Notes: generated by a model not told the origin, from the letters alone. A DNA stretch of 64,000 bases from Promethearchaeota archaeon (GCA_048939625.1 JBHLPH010000001.1:128001-192000); one strand, 5' to 3'; positions 38,892-49,460 are shown, counted from the stretch's first letter. Numbers and translations are program-made.

Positions 38892-41057
38892 TCATGGTAG
38901 GAAGGGAATAGGTATCATAAGTACGCCTCCTATTAGCTGAAATAGCAGTAGGAGGAGGATGAAGACGAGGGCACCGATAAGCAGCAGAATCATGTTCCAA
39001 CTGTGGATACCGGTTTGAATTCGACGCCACCGATGGCTCAACCCAGTTGCGCCATCAGCGATTAAGTAATTGGCACCATCAACGACTTTGACTTCGACCT
39101 TATTATAGAGTCCTCGAGCGAACCAGAGACCGCCATCAACGAAGACTTTGTACATTAGAGCATTCCAGTACCAGCGTTTGTAGAAGAACTTGTACAAGCC
39201 ACGCAGGGGGCCTCGACCCACGAAGTCAGGACTCCAGCTGCGTCGGATATAGAACATGTACCCAAGGAGTCCGCCAACGAGGACGATGAGAAGTGAGAGA
39301 TAGAAGGTAGGAGATGCAATCAAGTGCTGGAACATGTGAATATATTCTTCGATTAATGTTCCTAGATGGGGTGGACTCGGAATCAGGCTATATTGAACAT
39401 CCCAGAACGCATAGAAGAATTGCTTGAAGATTGGTTCTAGGAATCCAACTACAATCGCTGCTGTGGCGAGAATAGCTAGGGGAACCCACATCACTGCAGG
39501 TGGATCATGAGCAGGTTTGCCTTCTTTTTCGAGGTGTTGGACATTCTTACTCGGTTCGCCGTGGAATGTAAGTCCGAACATTCGGAAGGCATAGAAGATT
39601 GTCATCACAGCGGTGAGTGCGCCAAAGAAGAGGAAGATCCATCCCCAAATGCTGCCGGTCATTCCGAGTTCATAAGCCGAAGTTAAGATTAGTTCCTTAC
39701 TCCAGAAAGCTCCAACGAATGGGAAGCCTCCAAGGGAGAGTACACCGATGAGCATCACTATCCATGTGATAGGCATGAGTTTACGGAGCCCACCCATGTC
39801 GGTCATATACTTACTATGAACGGCGTGAAGGACTGCACCAGCCGAAAGAAAGAGAAGGGCTTTGAAGACTGCGTGAGCCGCCAGGTGGAAGACCCCTGCC
39901 GTGTATCCTAACACGCCATCGGCAGTAAAAGCAAATATGCCTAAGGCCATGAACATATAGCCCAGTTGACTAATCGTACTAAAGGCGAGGACTTTTTTCA
40001 GTTCATTAGAGGTCAGTGCCATAGTTGCAGTCATAAAGGCTGTGAACGTGCCGATAATTGCGATGATGAGGAAAAAGTTGGTTAACACTACAGCGGCGAT
40101 TGTCGAACTTGCGGCAAAGAAACCAGAGACGAGAATCGGAGCCATTCGAGCGACCAGATAAACTCCAGCTTTAACCATTGCAGCAGCGTGAATTAAGGCA
40201 GAAACAGTTGTGGGTCCTGCCATGGCTTCAGGAAGCCAGAACTGCAGTGGGAACTGAGCGCTTTTACCGATGGGACCAAGGAAGAATAGCAGAAATACCC
40301 CAAACAGAAGAAGCCCGTTCAAAATGGCAGCCATGTTGAAGAGCCAGGTGAAATCGTAGAGTAGGATCTGATAGTTTAGAGTTGGAATACCTGCAGATAC
40401 GGTGAAGAAGAAAATAAAGATGATAGAGATGAGTAAACCAACATCGCCCACCCGGGTGACGATGAACGCTTTCATCCCACAATGTGAATTGTATTTGCCT
40501 TCAGTGAGGTCACCCAGTTGATCATCATGAATCATGTTAGACCGGTTATACCAGAAGCCGATCAATGCATATGAACAGAGACCAACAATTTCCCACCCGA
40601 TGAATGTGACAAACAAAGTATTTGCCATTACTAATAGCGTCATGCCTCCGATGAATAATTGCATGAAGAACCAATAGCGGGTGAGCGAAGTGTCACCTTC
40701 CATATAGCCTAAGCTGTATAGAAGAATGAGGAAACCAAGGCCTGTGGCGATGCAAGCCATGAATACTGAGAGGGGATCAACGAGCATCCCAAACTGAATC
40801 GTGCCTATGACTGGAATGGTCAACCAGTTAATGGATGTCTCATACCAGAGTAACCAAGGTTCGGCTACTGTTCCACCAATCCAAGTTAATCCAGACCAAA
40901 TGAATGGAAGCATGGATAAGGCCATGATCATGCCTAAGGCTCCGAAGATGACAGCTCCAATGTCACGAAGACGTGGATGAATTTTCGCAAAGATAGGTGT
41001 CAGGAGAGCCCCAATGATTGGGAACAACCAACAAAGCCAAGCAGCGTAAGGAAGCAT
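38892..41057 (-). CDS. nuoL: Antiporter-like subunit NuoL
   Basis: GWEIVGLCSYALIGFW, GKSAQFPL..WLPEAMAGPT, HAVFKALLFL. Confidence 0.92.
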   Translation of the reverse strand: MLPYAAWLCWLFPIIGALLTPIFAKIHPRLRDIGAVIFGALGMIMALSMLPFIWSGLTWIGGTVAEPWLLWYETSINWLTIPVIGTIQFGMLVDPLSVFMACIATGLGFLILLYSLGYMEGDTSLTRYWFFMQLFIGGMTLLVMANTLFVTFIGWEIVGLCSYALIGFWYNRSNMIHDDQLGDLTEGKYNSHCGMKAFIVTRVGDVGLLISIIFIFFFTVSAGIPTLNYQILLYDFTWLFNMAAILNGLLLFGVFLLFFLGPIGKSAQFPLQFWLPEAMAGPTTVSALIHAAAMVKAGVYLVARMAPILVSGFFAASSTIAAVVLTNFFLIIAIIGTFTAFMTATMALTSNELKKVLAFSTISQLGYMFMALGIFAFTADGVLGYTAGVFHLAAHAVFKALLFLSAGAVLHAVHSKYMTDMGGLRKLMPITWIVMLIGVLSLGGFPFVGAFWSKELILTSAYELGMTGSIWGWIFLFFGALTAVMTIFYAFRMFGLTFHGEPSKNVQHLEKEGKPAHDPPAVMWVPLAILATAAIVVGFLEPIFKQFFYAFWDVQYSLIPSPPHLGTLIEEYIHMFQHLIASPTFYLSLLIVLVGGLLGYMFYIRRSWSPDFVGRGPLRGLYKFFYKRWYWNALMYKVFVDGGLWFARGLYNKVEVKVVDGANYLIADGATGLSHRWRRIQTGIHSWNMILLLIGALVFILLLLLFQLIGGVLMIPIPFLP

Positions 41058-41076
41058 TTTTCTTTTTCACCTCAGG

Positions 41077-41412
41077 TTAATGACGCAGTTTGTTGAGTTT
41101 TCGGATATCAAGGGTTCCGAATTTATTGTAAGCGCGAATGAAGAACGACAAAGCAATTGCAATGACTCCACCGCCGATACAGATGCTGACAATGACAATC
41201 GCCTGAGCCATTAAGTCAATGTAAAAGCCTGACCACGCCGTAGCAAATACGATGAAGTTCAAGTGGGCGCCATCAAGTAGTAATTCCAAGGCAATAAGGA
41301 ATTTAATCATATTCCGTTTAGTCGCCATGCCATAGATACCAACCGCATATAGGAAAACCGCTAAGATGAGAAACGCCACAATGGGGACGCCTAAAATTTC
41401 AAGATACGACAT
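41077..41412 (-). CDS. nuoK: NuoK/MrpC-like subunit
   Basis: GIYG...KRN.IK.LIALEL. Confidence 0.85.
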   Translation of the reverse strand: MSYLEILGVPIVAFLILAVFLYAVGIYGMATKRNMIKFLIALELLLDGAHLNFIVFATAWSGFYIDLMAQAIVIVSICIGGGVIAIALSFFIRAYNKFGTLDIRKLNKLRH

Positions 41413-41418
41413 GGTGTT

Positions 41419-41730
41419 TTACTCCTTCTCCTCTGTTTCAGTAGGTTTCTTCGTGATCTCGTAGAAGAACGCAGAACTGGCCAAAGCCGCTGCCAACAAA
41501 AACACACCTAACAAGACCATATCAAGACCCCGATAATGCCAGAGCATGTTACTCAAAGTTTGAATCATTGCATACACGTTATCTGGTGATGTAACAAATC
41601 GCATGGCCCAAGTAGCGGGATCAATCACAACACCGGGATCGAGGTAAAAGTTGAATGCCATACCAATCACATAAGCGACAACGACACCAAACATCACAGT
41701 GAGGATAAAACCAACGACTTTGATTCTCAT
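41419..41730 (-). CDS. NuoJ C-terminal half / MnhB-like small subunit
   Basis: LWHYRGLD motif; ATG 41730 overlaps the upstream stop (TGATG). Confidence 0.7.
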   Translation of the reverse strand: MRIKVVGFILTVMFGVVVAYVIGMAFNFYLDPGVVIDPATWAMRFVTSPDNVYAMIQTLSNMLWHYRGLDMVLLGVFLLAAALASSAFFYEITKKPTETEEKE

Positions 41731-42119
41731 CAGACGTCCTCCTCTGTAACTTCCCCAGTCCCACGACGCGTCGTTAGCGAAATGCCGGAGATGATAAGCA
41801 CTGAAACAGCACCCGCATATACTGCCAGTTGGAAGAAGGCTACCCAAATAGCGAATAGCACTAGGTAGAGAAGGGCTAAGGTGACCGCTGAGCCTGCTAG
41901 GTAGAGGGCAGCGTGGAGTAGGTCTTTATCTTCGATGGCTAGGATAGCAAAGATAGCGGTCATAATGATGAGGATGTATACGGCATACATGCTCAGATGC
42001 AGCCCTGCGATGAAAAAGTCGAGGGCAAAAAGTAACAGCATAATTACACTTAGAAGTATCAGGCCTAATAGGCCAACGACAACGGTCCGTGATAATGACA
42101 TCGTTGGACTCTCCGTCAC
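41730..42119 (-). CDS. NuoJ N-terminal half / DUF4040-like subunit
   Basis: DLLHAALYL...A.WVAFFQLAVYAGAV. Confidence 0.8.
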   Translation of the reverse strand: MTESPTMSLSRTVVVGLLGLILLSVIMLLLFALDFFIAGLHLSMYAVYILIIMTAIFAILAIEDKDLLHAALYLAGSAVTLALLYLVLFAIWVAFFQLAVYAGAVSVLIISGISLTTRRGTGEVTEEDV

Positions 42120-42291
42120 GGTGACTGAGGTACTTAGACCCGCTTTTTGCTGTGTTCTGCTTAAAAGTGTGACTACAAGTTTGAACTTTTATTGGGCTAA
42201 GTCGTTTCTAGTCCTTTGCACTCTAATTTAATGAAAAAAATTATACGAGTGGAGGGTCCCATCTATCTTCTGAAGCCCACCTCAGGGAGGA

Positions 42292-42849
42292 TTGCTAACC
42301 GTTTCATTACCTCCAACCATTTCCATATTTGGTTACAAAGATTCAGGTAAAACCACTGTAACCACAAGCATCATTAGCCATCTTGTGGCGCAGGGGCGCC
42401 GAGTGTTCAGCGCGAAACATGTTGGCGAACCTGACTTTTCTTTGGATTCACCGGGAACTGACTCGCATCGCCATCTTGAGGCAGGAGCTGTGGCAACCGT
42501 TCTTCATAGTGAAGCATCCACAGCCCTCCTACTTCAACAGCCAATCACTAATCTCAATCAATTGTTAGGTTATGGTCAAACAGCGATCCCGTCAGATGTT
42601 ATTGTTCTGGAAGGCTTTCGGTTTTGGACCCAGAAAAGTCCCGATGTTGCTAAAGTTATCTGTGTTCGAAGTCTTGAAGAGATTGCGGAATTCCAAGCAG
42701 AAACTGTTAGTCCGATTCTTGGACAGTGCAGCTTGGACCCAGAGCTTTCTTCGGTGATTCGTATCCCTGAGGAATTCCCCTTCCTGTTGGAAGCAATTGA
42801 TAAGTGGCTTCTCACTAATCCAACAACACCAATAGGTGACGATGAATGA
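42292..42849 (+). CDS. mobB: Molybdopterin-guanine dinucleotide biosynthesis protein B
   Basis: GYKDSGKTT, KH, D.PGTDS.RH..AGA, VLEGF. Confidence 0.88.
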   Translation: MLTVSLPPTISIFGYKDSGKTTVTTSIISHLVAQGRRVFSAKHVGEPDFSLDSPGTDSHRHLEAGAVATVLHSEASTALLLQQPITNLNQLLGYGQTAIPSDVIVLEGFRFWTQKSPDVAKVICVRSLEEIAEFQAETVSPILGQCSLDPELSSVIRIPEEFPFLLEAIDKWLLTNPTTPIGDDE

Positions 42850-43013
42850 CTCCAGATGAAAGAAAAACTACCCTCATTGTATTTGGTCGTGAAATTGGAA
42901 TGAATGAGTATGTTGACAAGCTCTTCCAGAGTGTGATTCTTGCAATTCTCTCAACCTTAAGAGCCCCCAAACCAAAGGGCACTGAAAAAGTTCGAATTGA
43001 AATTAGTGACTAG
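42846..43013 (+). CDS. 55-aa protein resembling a detached MobB C-terminal domain (not in ORF track)
   Basis: ATGA overlap with mobB; MTPDERKTTLIVFGREIGMNEYVDKLFQSVILAILSTLRAPKPKGTEKVRIEISD. Confidence 0.65.
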   Translation: MTPDERKTTLIVFGREIGMNEYVDKLFQSVILAILSTLRAPKPKGTEKVRIEISD

Positions 43014-43200
43014 TCGGCTTACGAAAGAGGGTTAAATTAGTTTTTGCCTTCTTTAGCTGAGTTGAACATTAACTAGATTTCTCACTTTCGTGAAGTACTG
43101 ATTATCTGAGGAAAGAAAAAGTTCCTGCGGGAGCAAGCCTTTTATACAAAGCCCAACCCTTGAAACTGCAAACGAGCCATAGAACCTGTGGTGAACCCAA

Positions 43201-43548
43201 ATGATGCAGGTTGATCCGTATTTCAGCTGGCTAAATAACATCAGTAATGTTGGCTGGTTTCTAGCCGCATTCGGCGTCATTCTAATCATTATCCTTCTCC
43301 TTTATTGGATAGGCAAACGTATTGCCCCCCATAATCCCACGAAGGAAAAGTTGACCACGTACGCGTGTGGTGAGGATCTCGCGCCGTCGAAGGCTCAATT
43401 TCACACCCAGCTTCTTCGTTATGCCGTCTATTTCACGATCTTTGATATCGTGGCATTTGTGCTAGCGACAGCAATGGGCGTTCTCGGATGGGTTCCAATC
43501 ATGTTTCTGGGAGTCGCATTCCTCGCGATTCTTATTCTGCGAAAATAA
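43201..43548 (+). CDS. nuoA: NuoA-like subunit
   Basis: KLTTYACGE, YAVYFTIFDI. Confidence 0.85.
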   Translation: MMQVDPYFSWLNNISNVGWFLAAFGVILIIILLLYWIGKRIAPHNPTKEKLTTYACGEDLAPSKAQFHTQLLRYAVYFTIFDIVAFVLATAMGVLGWVPIMFLGVAFLAILILRK

Positions 43549-43567
43549 CTGAAATGAGGTAAACACA

Positions 43568-44002
43568 ATGGGTATCGTTGACAAAATTGTAACATGGGCA
43601 CGCATCAAGTCGCCCTGGGTGCTTCACCTAAACAGTGGCGGATGCAATGGCTGCGATATTGAAATCCTTGATGCGCTGACTCCTCGGTACGACTTGGAAA
43701 GATTTGGCGTCCTACTTAAAGGAAGTCCTCGACATGCTGATGTACTTCTTTGTAGTGGCCCAATCACCAAGCAAGTAGCCCAACGGTTTCTAAGAATCTA
43801 TAATCAAACTCCAGATCCCAAATTTGTTGTCGGTATTGGTGCCTGCACGATGTCAGGCGGTGTTTTTCGACAGTGTTACAACGTTTCTGGTGGGTTAGAG
43901 GATGTCATCCCAGTGGATGCATGGATACCCGGATGCCCACCAAAACCAGAAGCAATCATCTATGGCGTCGCGGCGTTACTTGGGAAATTAGCTGGCTCAT
44001 GA
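43568..44002 (+). CDS. nuoB: NuoB / group-4 [NiFe]-hydrogenase small subunit
   Basis: GGCNGCDIE, SPRHADVL, GACTMSGG, PGCPPKPE. Confidence 0.9.
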   Translation: MGIVDKIVTWARIKSPWVLHLNSGGCNGCDIEILDALTPRYDLERFGVLLKGSPRHADVLLCSGPITKQVAQRFLRIYNQTPDPKFVVGIGACTMSGGVFRQCYNVSGGLEDVIPVDAWIPGCPPKPEAIIYGVAALLGKLAGS

Positions 44003-44034
44003 GATTTTTACTAAATTAATGGAGGAAACGAGTT

Positions 44035-44532
44035 ATGGCACAAGAAGAGAAACCCCCGAAAAAGCCCACTAAAAAAGAAGCTGAAATGATGAAAGAAATC
44101 GAGAAAGCCATGGGCGATGATTTCATTTCAACCGAGTTCTTACGTGAACATAGTATCTATGTCACCGTGAAAGCTGAAGCCGTTAGAAAAGCCGTTGAAT
44201 TCATGAAACAGGAATGGGGGTTATACCATCTTTCCACAATCACAGGCATGGATCTGCGCGGAGAACTTGCAGTGATCTATCATTTCGAAGTCAAATCTGT
44301 TTCAGTAAGTTTACATATCCAAGTCCCCACCTCACATCCCGAAGTTGACTCCATTACGCCCCTTATTCCCGGAGCAACTTTGTATGAACGCGAAGTACAC
44401 GATCTTTTGGGCATCAAATTCAAAGGACACCCGAATCTGAAACGCCTAATCCTTCCCGAGGATTGGCCAAAGGATGTTTATCCACTTCGAAAGGATTGGG
44501 AATCCCCCCGGCTAGATAAGCCCAAGGAATAG
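44035..44532 (+). CDS. nuoC: NuoC-like subunit
   Basis: LSTITG.D, EREVHDLLGI.F.GHPN...L..DW....PLRKD. Confidence 0.9.
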   Translation: MAQEEKPPKKPTKKEAEMMKEIEKAMGDDFISTEFLREHSIYVTVKAEAVRKAVEFMKQEWGLYHLSTITGMDLRGELAVIYHFEVKSVSVSLHIQVPTSHPEVDSITPLIPGATLYEREVHDLLGIKFKGHPNLKRLILPEDWPKDVYPLRKDWESPRLDKPKE

Positions 44533-44599
44533 GCGTCTGCCTATCCCGAGTCATTTGCTTTTATCTCCAAATTGGCAGTGAAACTAAGGACTTTACAGG

Positions 44600-45445
44600 T
44601 CAACTAGATTTCGCTGGTTTGATACCGAGTTTCGTGAGGGTTCCTATTGATCCATCATTGAAGTGAGGGGAGCGGTAGAGAGTGTCGCCATATTTTTCGA
44701 TTTCACGGGCCTCATCTGCTAAACGCGCTGCAGTCCGCATCATTTCGTGGGCACTGGCAACAGTAGGAATGTATTTTTCGTGTTCTTTTTGTTTGAAGCA
44801 GCCTTTGACATTGATTGCAGCAACCGCTTCGGCGATTTCGTACGCAGCTCGTGCTTTCACCTTAGCATAGGGATTGGTGAACTGGCCAGCACTAACAGCT
44901 TTTGCGGCATTCACGACCAAGGCAGGGAGCTTAGGAGTTTTTCCATTGGCAATACTAGCAATAACCTCATCCAAAGCGAGTTGAACTCGCCGTAGTGCCC
45001 CTGTTGCAGCAAGTACTCGAATGACATCTACATTGAAGAGCACCATCTCAGTGGGATCTAAGAATTCCCTGCGTGCCCCAATCATAGAGTCAGCAGGAAG
45101 TAGAATGTAGCCAAATCCAGCTTCAGTAAGTGACTCCCGTTGATCTTTTGGTAACAGATCCGAGAGAAGGATAACCGGGATTCCAGCTTCTTTGACGAGT
45201 TCACGAGCCTTCGCAGGACCTTTAAGCGCAGCATTTGGACTGGGAATAAGTACCAGGTGCGGTTTTTGTTCAATGAGCAGTTTTGCGCTTCGTTCTGCAG
45301 CAGCTTCGTCCATCTTGGCTCCAGAGCCAATTAAAACAACCGCAAAGTCTTCACGCTCTGCTCTTTCATCAAAGAGGAGTTCTAGCAAGGGCGATGTTCC
45401 GATATTACCCAGTTTCAACACACCAAGGAGGAATGGAGAACTCAT
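44600..45445 (-). CDS. mtd: F420-dependent methylene-H4MPT dehydrogenase
   Basis: KLGNIG, DERAERED, GSGAKM, DSMIGARREFLDP.EM, AHEMMR.A..LADEARE.EK. Confidence 0.95.
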   Translation of the reverse strand: MSSPFLLGVLKLGNIGTSPLLELLFDERAEREDFAVVLIGSGAKMDEAAAERSAKLLIEQKPHLVLIPSPNAALKGPAKARELVKEAGIPVILLSDLLPKDQRESLTEAGFGYILLPADSMIGARREFLDPTEMVLFNVDVIRVLAATGALRRVQLALDEVIASIANGKTPKLPALVVNAAKAVSAGQFTNPYAKVKARAAYEIAEAVAAINVKGCFKQKEHEKYIPTVASAHEMMRTAARLADEAREIEKYGDTLYRSPHFNDGSIGTLTKLGIKPAKSS

Positions 45446-45556
45446 TGTTTAACCACCAACCATTTCATTATTAGTAGGAAAACTAGAAGTTTGTGGTGTG
45501 CTCTAGTGTCAAAAGTGTTTACTTTTAGAGAAAATACGCTAACCTTAGGTAGAGTT

Positions 45557-46600
45557 CTAAGATTTGATTTTAGGAGCAGCAATCTTACGAAGACGTTCTA
45601 GCCCATCTTCGGATAACTCCTCATGCAGGAATATTCCAGCAGAAATCATTTCGTCAATAACAGCTTGTCCTCTCTCACTGCGAGCAAGAACTGAGGACCA
45701 TTTCCCTGGTGTACCTGCCCCACCAACGGAAATATCTGCAAATTCAGAGGCGAAGTCTTTGCACTCGTGACATCCGGGATCAATCCACTCCCGGGCTTCG
45801 CTCAACGGAATCGTAAGGGATTCTTTTGCCCCGCGGGGAAAAACTAGGAGTTTGCCCTTAATATCGAGTTTCCGAAGATTCTCCAACGGTACACCAAGTT
45901 CACTCGCAATCTTGTCTTCCATTAGTTCTTTGAACTTGAAGGTCTCACTACAAAAGAGACCAATTGTCATCACGACCGACCGATCCACTTTCTTCAAGGG
46001 TGCCAACCGCATTCGTTGGATGGCCTGAATGTGACAAGGAGTTCCAACGACAGCAATCTGTTTGAGCTTCCGTTCTTTCAATGCTTCTTTTAGTGCAACT
46101 AGATTCGGGGACCGTGTATACCTGGATTTGGTGGCGGAGATAATTTCGTCATGTGTGGTCGCTACCATCGGTTTTGGCTTCCAGGGTTCATTCGAATCGA
46201 TACCTGAGATGACAGCACCTTCAATCACTCCTGCGTCTAGTAGATGCAGTAAAATTGCGGTAACTACTCCACCGTCCTGTGCACGTTTTCGAACCGATTC
46301 ATCAGCGTTTCGAAGAGCATAGGCTTGGCGATACACACCAAGAGCTGGATCACGCTTGACATCTTCACCAAAGACTTGGGGATAAAGTGGAGCGTAATCA
46401 TCAATCATCCGTGGACAGGACTTCCAGCAAAACTCACATTTAGTACAATCCTTTACAAGCGTAGGTCGTAGGTCCTGAAGTTCAATCGCACCGATTGGAC
46501 AAGCTGCTTCACAGCCACCACAACTACAGCATTTTCCAGCATCTATCACATTCGTTCTTAAATGCTCAAATCCAAGTTTTTCCTTGCTCAATTGAATCAT
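45557..46600 (-). CDS. F420-binding FrhB/FpoF-family protein with N-terminal 2x[4Fe-4S] domain
   Basis: CCSCGGCEAACP, CTKCEFCWKSCP, QDGGVVT, VGTPC, GLFC.E.F, ADISVG. The start is uncertain (ORF opens at 46735). Confidence 0.88.
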   Translation of the reverse strand: MIQLSKEKLGFEHLRTNVIDAGKCCSCGGCEAACPIGAIELQDLRPTLVKDCTKCEFCWKSCPRMIDDYAPLYPQVFGEDVKRDPALGVYRQAYALRNADESVRKRAQDGGVVTAILLHLLDAGVIEGAVISGIDSNEPWKPKPMVATTHDEIISATKSRYTRSPNLVALKEALKERKLKQIAVVGTPCHIQAIQRMRLAPLKKVDRSVVMTIGLFCSETFKFKELMEDKIASELGVPLENLRKLDIKGKLLVFPRGAKESLTIPLSEAREWIDPGCHECKDFASEFADISVGGAGTPGKWSSVLARSERGQAVIDEMISAGIFLHEELSEDGLERLRKIAAPKIKS

Positions 46601-46685
46601 CCATCTTCGAATACCCGGTTTGTAATCAAAAATGGATGTCCGCCTACTTAAACTTGCCAGGCAATACGTACCAAGGGGTAGTAAA

Positions 46686-47138
46686 TTATTCATCAAGCTG
46701 GATAATGTTCGGTTCAAGATGAACTTCACACGCAATGGAACGGGTGATATGACAGTACTTTTCGGTTAGGGAAACAGCACGTTTAACTTGATTAAGCACT
46801 GCCTCTTTGGGTACGGTAATCTTCATAGAGATGTAAATGTCGGAGAATTGCCAACCCCCTTCTGGGTGCTTCTGGAGGACCCCTCGGCCCGAAACCTGAT
46901 GAGCCTGGAGGGGCTGCTTCATTCGTTGCATCATACTGGCAAAAGTGGTGATGTAACAACCTGTTACTGCACACATGAAGAGATCATGGGGGGAATAGGC
47001 GTCGGGTTCTCCTTCCCAATAAATAGGTGAAGAAAGCGGGAGATCAGATTTTCCCTCCAATGAAATGGTTCCTTCTTTTCCTCCAGTCCATACGACCTCT
47101 GCGTTAAATTCATAGGATTCAGGTTTTTTGTCACTCAA
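46686..47138 (-). CDS. OsmC/Ohr family protein
   Basis: SP.DLF..AV.GCY, EKYCHIT.S. Confidence 0.85.
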   Translation of the reverse strand: MSDKKPESYEFNAEVVWTGGKEGTISLEGKSDLPLSSPIYWEGEPDAYSPHDLFMCAVTGCYITTFASMMQRMKQPLQAHQVSGRGVLQKHPEGGWQFSDIYISMKITVPKEAVLNQVKRAVSLTEKYCHITRSIACEVHLEPNIIQLDE

Positions 47139-47273
47139 GATGATTCACTTCTCGGCATTGAATCACGAGAAGCTTTTAGCTGTTCGGGAAATTCAACCTC
47201 TCAATGAAGATGCAACTGCGAAAAAGGTATATGGCATCCCAGCTGAATGTCTACCCTCGAGAAATAACCTTGT

Positions 47274-48410
47274 TTGGAGGACTCTTTGATGGTCGGAAGC
47301 TTTGCAAATATGGACCCCTTAGAATTACAGAAAGGCTTTCGTGATCCCGAACTTGCCATGAAAGCCGCTCAAAAAATCAAAGAACTGACGAAGAACCGCA
47401 CCTTCAAGTTCATGCACCTTTGTGGCACCCATGAATACACCATCACCCATTCTGGCTTACGGGATTTGCTTCCAAAAAATGTGGAACTCATCGCAGGTCC
47501 GGGGTGTCCAGTTTGTGTCTGTCCTCCAGAAGATGTAGCACTGGCCATAGCAGTCGCTAAGCAACCAAATGCGTTGTTAACCACTTTTGGCGATATGATG
47601 CGAGTTCCAGCAGGTGACCTAGGTTCCTTGAATGCAGCACGAGGAAAAGGGGCCAACGTACAAGTTGTTTACAGTATGATGGATGCGATTATCGCCGCAA
47701 AGGAGCATCCAGAAAAAGAGGTGGTACACTTTGCGATTGGTTTTGAAACGACTACCCCACCCACTGCTGCTGAAATTTTAGGAGATGCCCCTAGCAATTT
47801 CAGTGTCTTAGTAAGTCATCGTCTCATTCCTCCAGCTGAAGAATTTCTTCTGGACCAAGGCGAGGTTGGGTTACATGGATTTCTGCTTCCGGGTCACGTT
47901 TCAGTGATAATCGGTGTTCAAGGATATGAACATATCTCCAAAAAATGGAAGGTGCCTCAAGTTATTGCAGGGTTTGAACCCTTAGATGTGCTCTTGGGGA
48001 TAGTGATGCTCCTTCAACAGCTAGAAGATGGTCGAAGTGAAGTGGAAAACGAATACACCCGTGCTGTGACCTACGAAGGAAATGTTCGAGCCCGTGAAAT
48101 GATCGAAAAGGTGTTTGTCCCTGTAGATGCGCGTTGGCGGGGAATTGGGATAATTCCCGAATCCGGGCTAGCTTTACGAGAAAAATACATGTCATTTGAT
48201 GTCCGAACGCGCTTTGAAATCGAGTTGGAACCCCAAAAATATGAGATGCCTCCGGGGTGCAAATGTGGAGAAGTCTTGCGTGGGATTTTGCGACCAGAAG
48301 AATGCCCTCTCTTTGGAAAGAAATGTGTACCTCAAAATCCAATTGGTCCCTGTATGGTCTCTGCGGAGGGGACATGCAGTGTAGTTTATGGAGCGAAGAT
48401 GATTCCCTAG
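47274..48410 (+). CDS. hypD: Hydrogenase maturation protein HypD
   Basis: MHLCGTHE, GPGCPVC, GFETT, PGHVS, C-terminal Cys cluster with GPCMVS.EGTC. Confidence 0.96.
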   Translation: MEDSLMVGSFANMDPLELQKGFRDPELAMKAAQKIKELTKNRTFKFMHLCGTHEYTITHSGLRDLLPKNVELIAGPGCPVCVCPPEDVALAIAVAKQPNALLTTFGDMMRVPAGDLGSLNAARGKGANVQVVYSMMDAIIAAKEHPEKEVVHFAIGFETTTPPTAAEILGDAPSNFSVLVSHRLIPPAEEFLLDQGEVGLHGFLLPGHVSVIIGVQGYEHISKKWKVPQVIAGFEPLDVLLGIVMLLQQLEDGRSEVENEYTRAVTYEGNVRAREMIEKVFVPVDARWRGIGIIPESGLALREKYMSFDVRTRFEIELEPQKYEMPPGCKCGEVLRGILRPEECPLFGKKCVPQNPIGPCMVSAEGTCSVVYGAKMIP

Positions 48411-48449
48411 ATAACTGAGATACGGTCTACTTTCATTAAAAGACAGGTT

Positions 48450-48941
48450 CTACCGACTTGACTCTTTTTTAAGTAAACTGATGGCTTGGGCTAATGCTTC
48501 TGCTCTATTAGTTCCAATCAAGAGTCGTTTCCCGTTTATTAGCTCCAGTTGAACACCATAATGGCCACTAATATTGTAAGCCATCCCATTGAATCCAAAT
48601 CTTATACCATACCCTCCAAATTCACTGAGAGGATCATATGTTCGTGCTTGCCAATCTGCGATTTCAGTGGGTACAATTTTCCGAGACGAACGATAAAAAG
48701 GGAAGAATCGGATGAAAAGTCCATTTTTTCTTATTTCAACAGTTAGATTTGCTGAATAAAAAAAGATTAGAAGTACAATTGCACCACCAATCATTAGGAT
48801 TCCAACAACTATCGCCAATGGCATAGGTAATGGCTCAAATACCATTCCAAAAAGATAGATCGCAACAAGGTGAAACGAACTTAGGAAAGCGATTAACAAA
48901 CTCCAAAAGCCTCTAAATTTCTGAACCTCACGAAATAACAA
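48450..48941 (-). CDS. Membrane protein with PH-like domain (DUF6141-like)
   Basis: LF.E.Q, two TM, EFGGYGIR, G..GVQL.L..GK..LIGT. Confidence 0.7.
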   Translation of the reverse strand: MLFREVQKFRGFWSLLIAFLSSFHLVAIYLFGMVFEPLPMPLAIVVGILMIGGAIVLLIFFYSANLTVEIRKNGLFIRFFPFYRSSRKIVPTEIADWQARTYDPLSEFGGYGIRFGFNGMAYNISGHYGVQLELINGKRLLIGTNRAEALAQAISLLKKESSR

Positions 48942-49112
48942 ATCGGACTGGGGAACTGTTAGATTTGATGGTTGAAATTGTAATCTTCACTCTCCTTGCT
49001 AGAATCTAGGAATTTCAACGCTAAAAGAATTTTGAAATAATTTTATTTGATTTTTCATGATGAATACGAAAGTTACCAAGATCGATACAAGTCATCTAAT
49101 GCAGATTGAACT

Positions 49113-49460
49113 TCATTCATCCAGAGATTTCTCCGATTGTTTTTGGAGTATCGTCTCATGGAATGCAGTGCTGTGAACCCATTCTGTAGCTAATGTTTCA
49201 ACCTCTGTAACCTTTTCTCGAAGATATCGATCAATCACAATTTCTCGTTGAATATCTGTAAGACCATGAGAAGCCCAGAATGCTTCACGAGCCTCCTGTG
49301 GAATTGTTGATAGAAGTTGTTCTTTTGTAGTTTCGAGTATATGGCGGGCGAGTTGAGCTGCTAGTTGTTTTGAATCTGTATAAAGGATCCGTCCTCGTAT
49401 CCAGAAGCGACACTTTGAACGTCCCTGGCAAGGACCACCTGCAACTGGACAAAATACCAC
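49113..49460 (-). CDS. Hypothetical protein with N-terminal Cys motif
   Basis: FCPVAGGPC...CRFW; SD GGTGA upstream. Confidence 0.6.
   Translation of the reverse strand: MVFCPVAGGPCQGRSKCRFWIRGRILYTDSKQLAAQLARHILETTKEQLLSTIPQEAREAFWASHGLTDIQREIVIDRYLREKVTEVETLATEWVHSTAFHETILQKQSEKSLDE

Noticed and set aside
43568-48410. Selenocysteine read-through in redox genes
   Set aside because: Cys motifs are intact and the stops fall at the expected protein ends.
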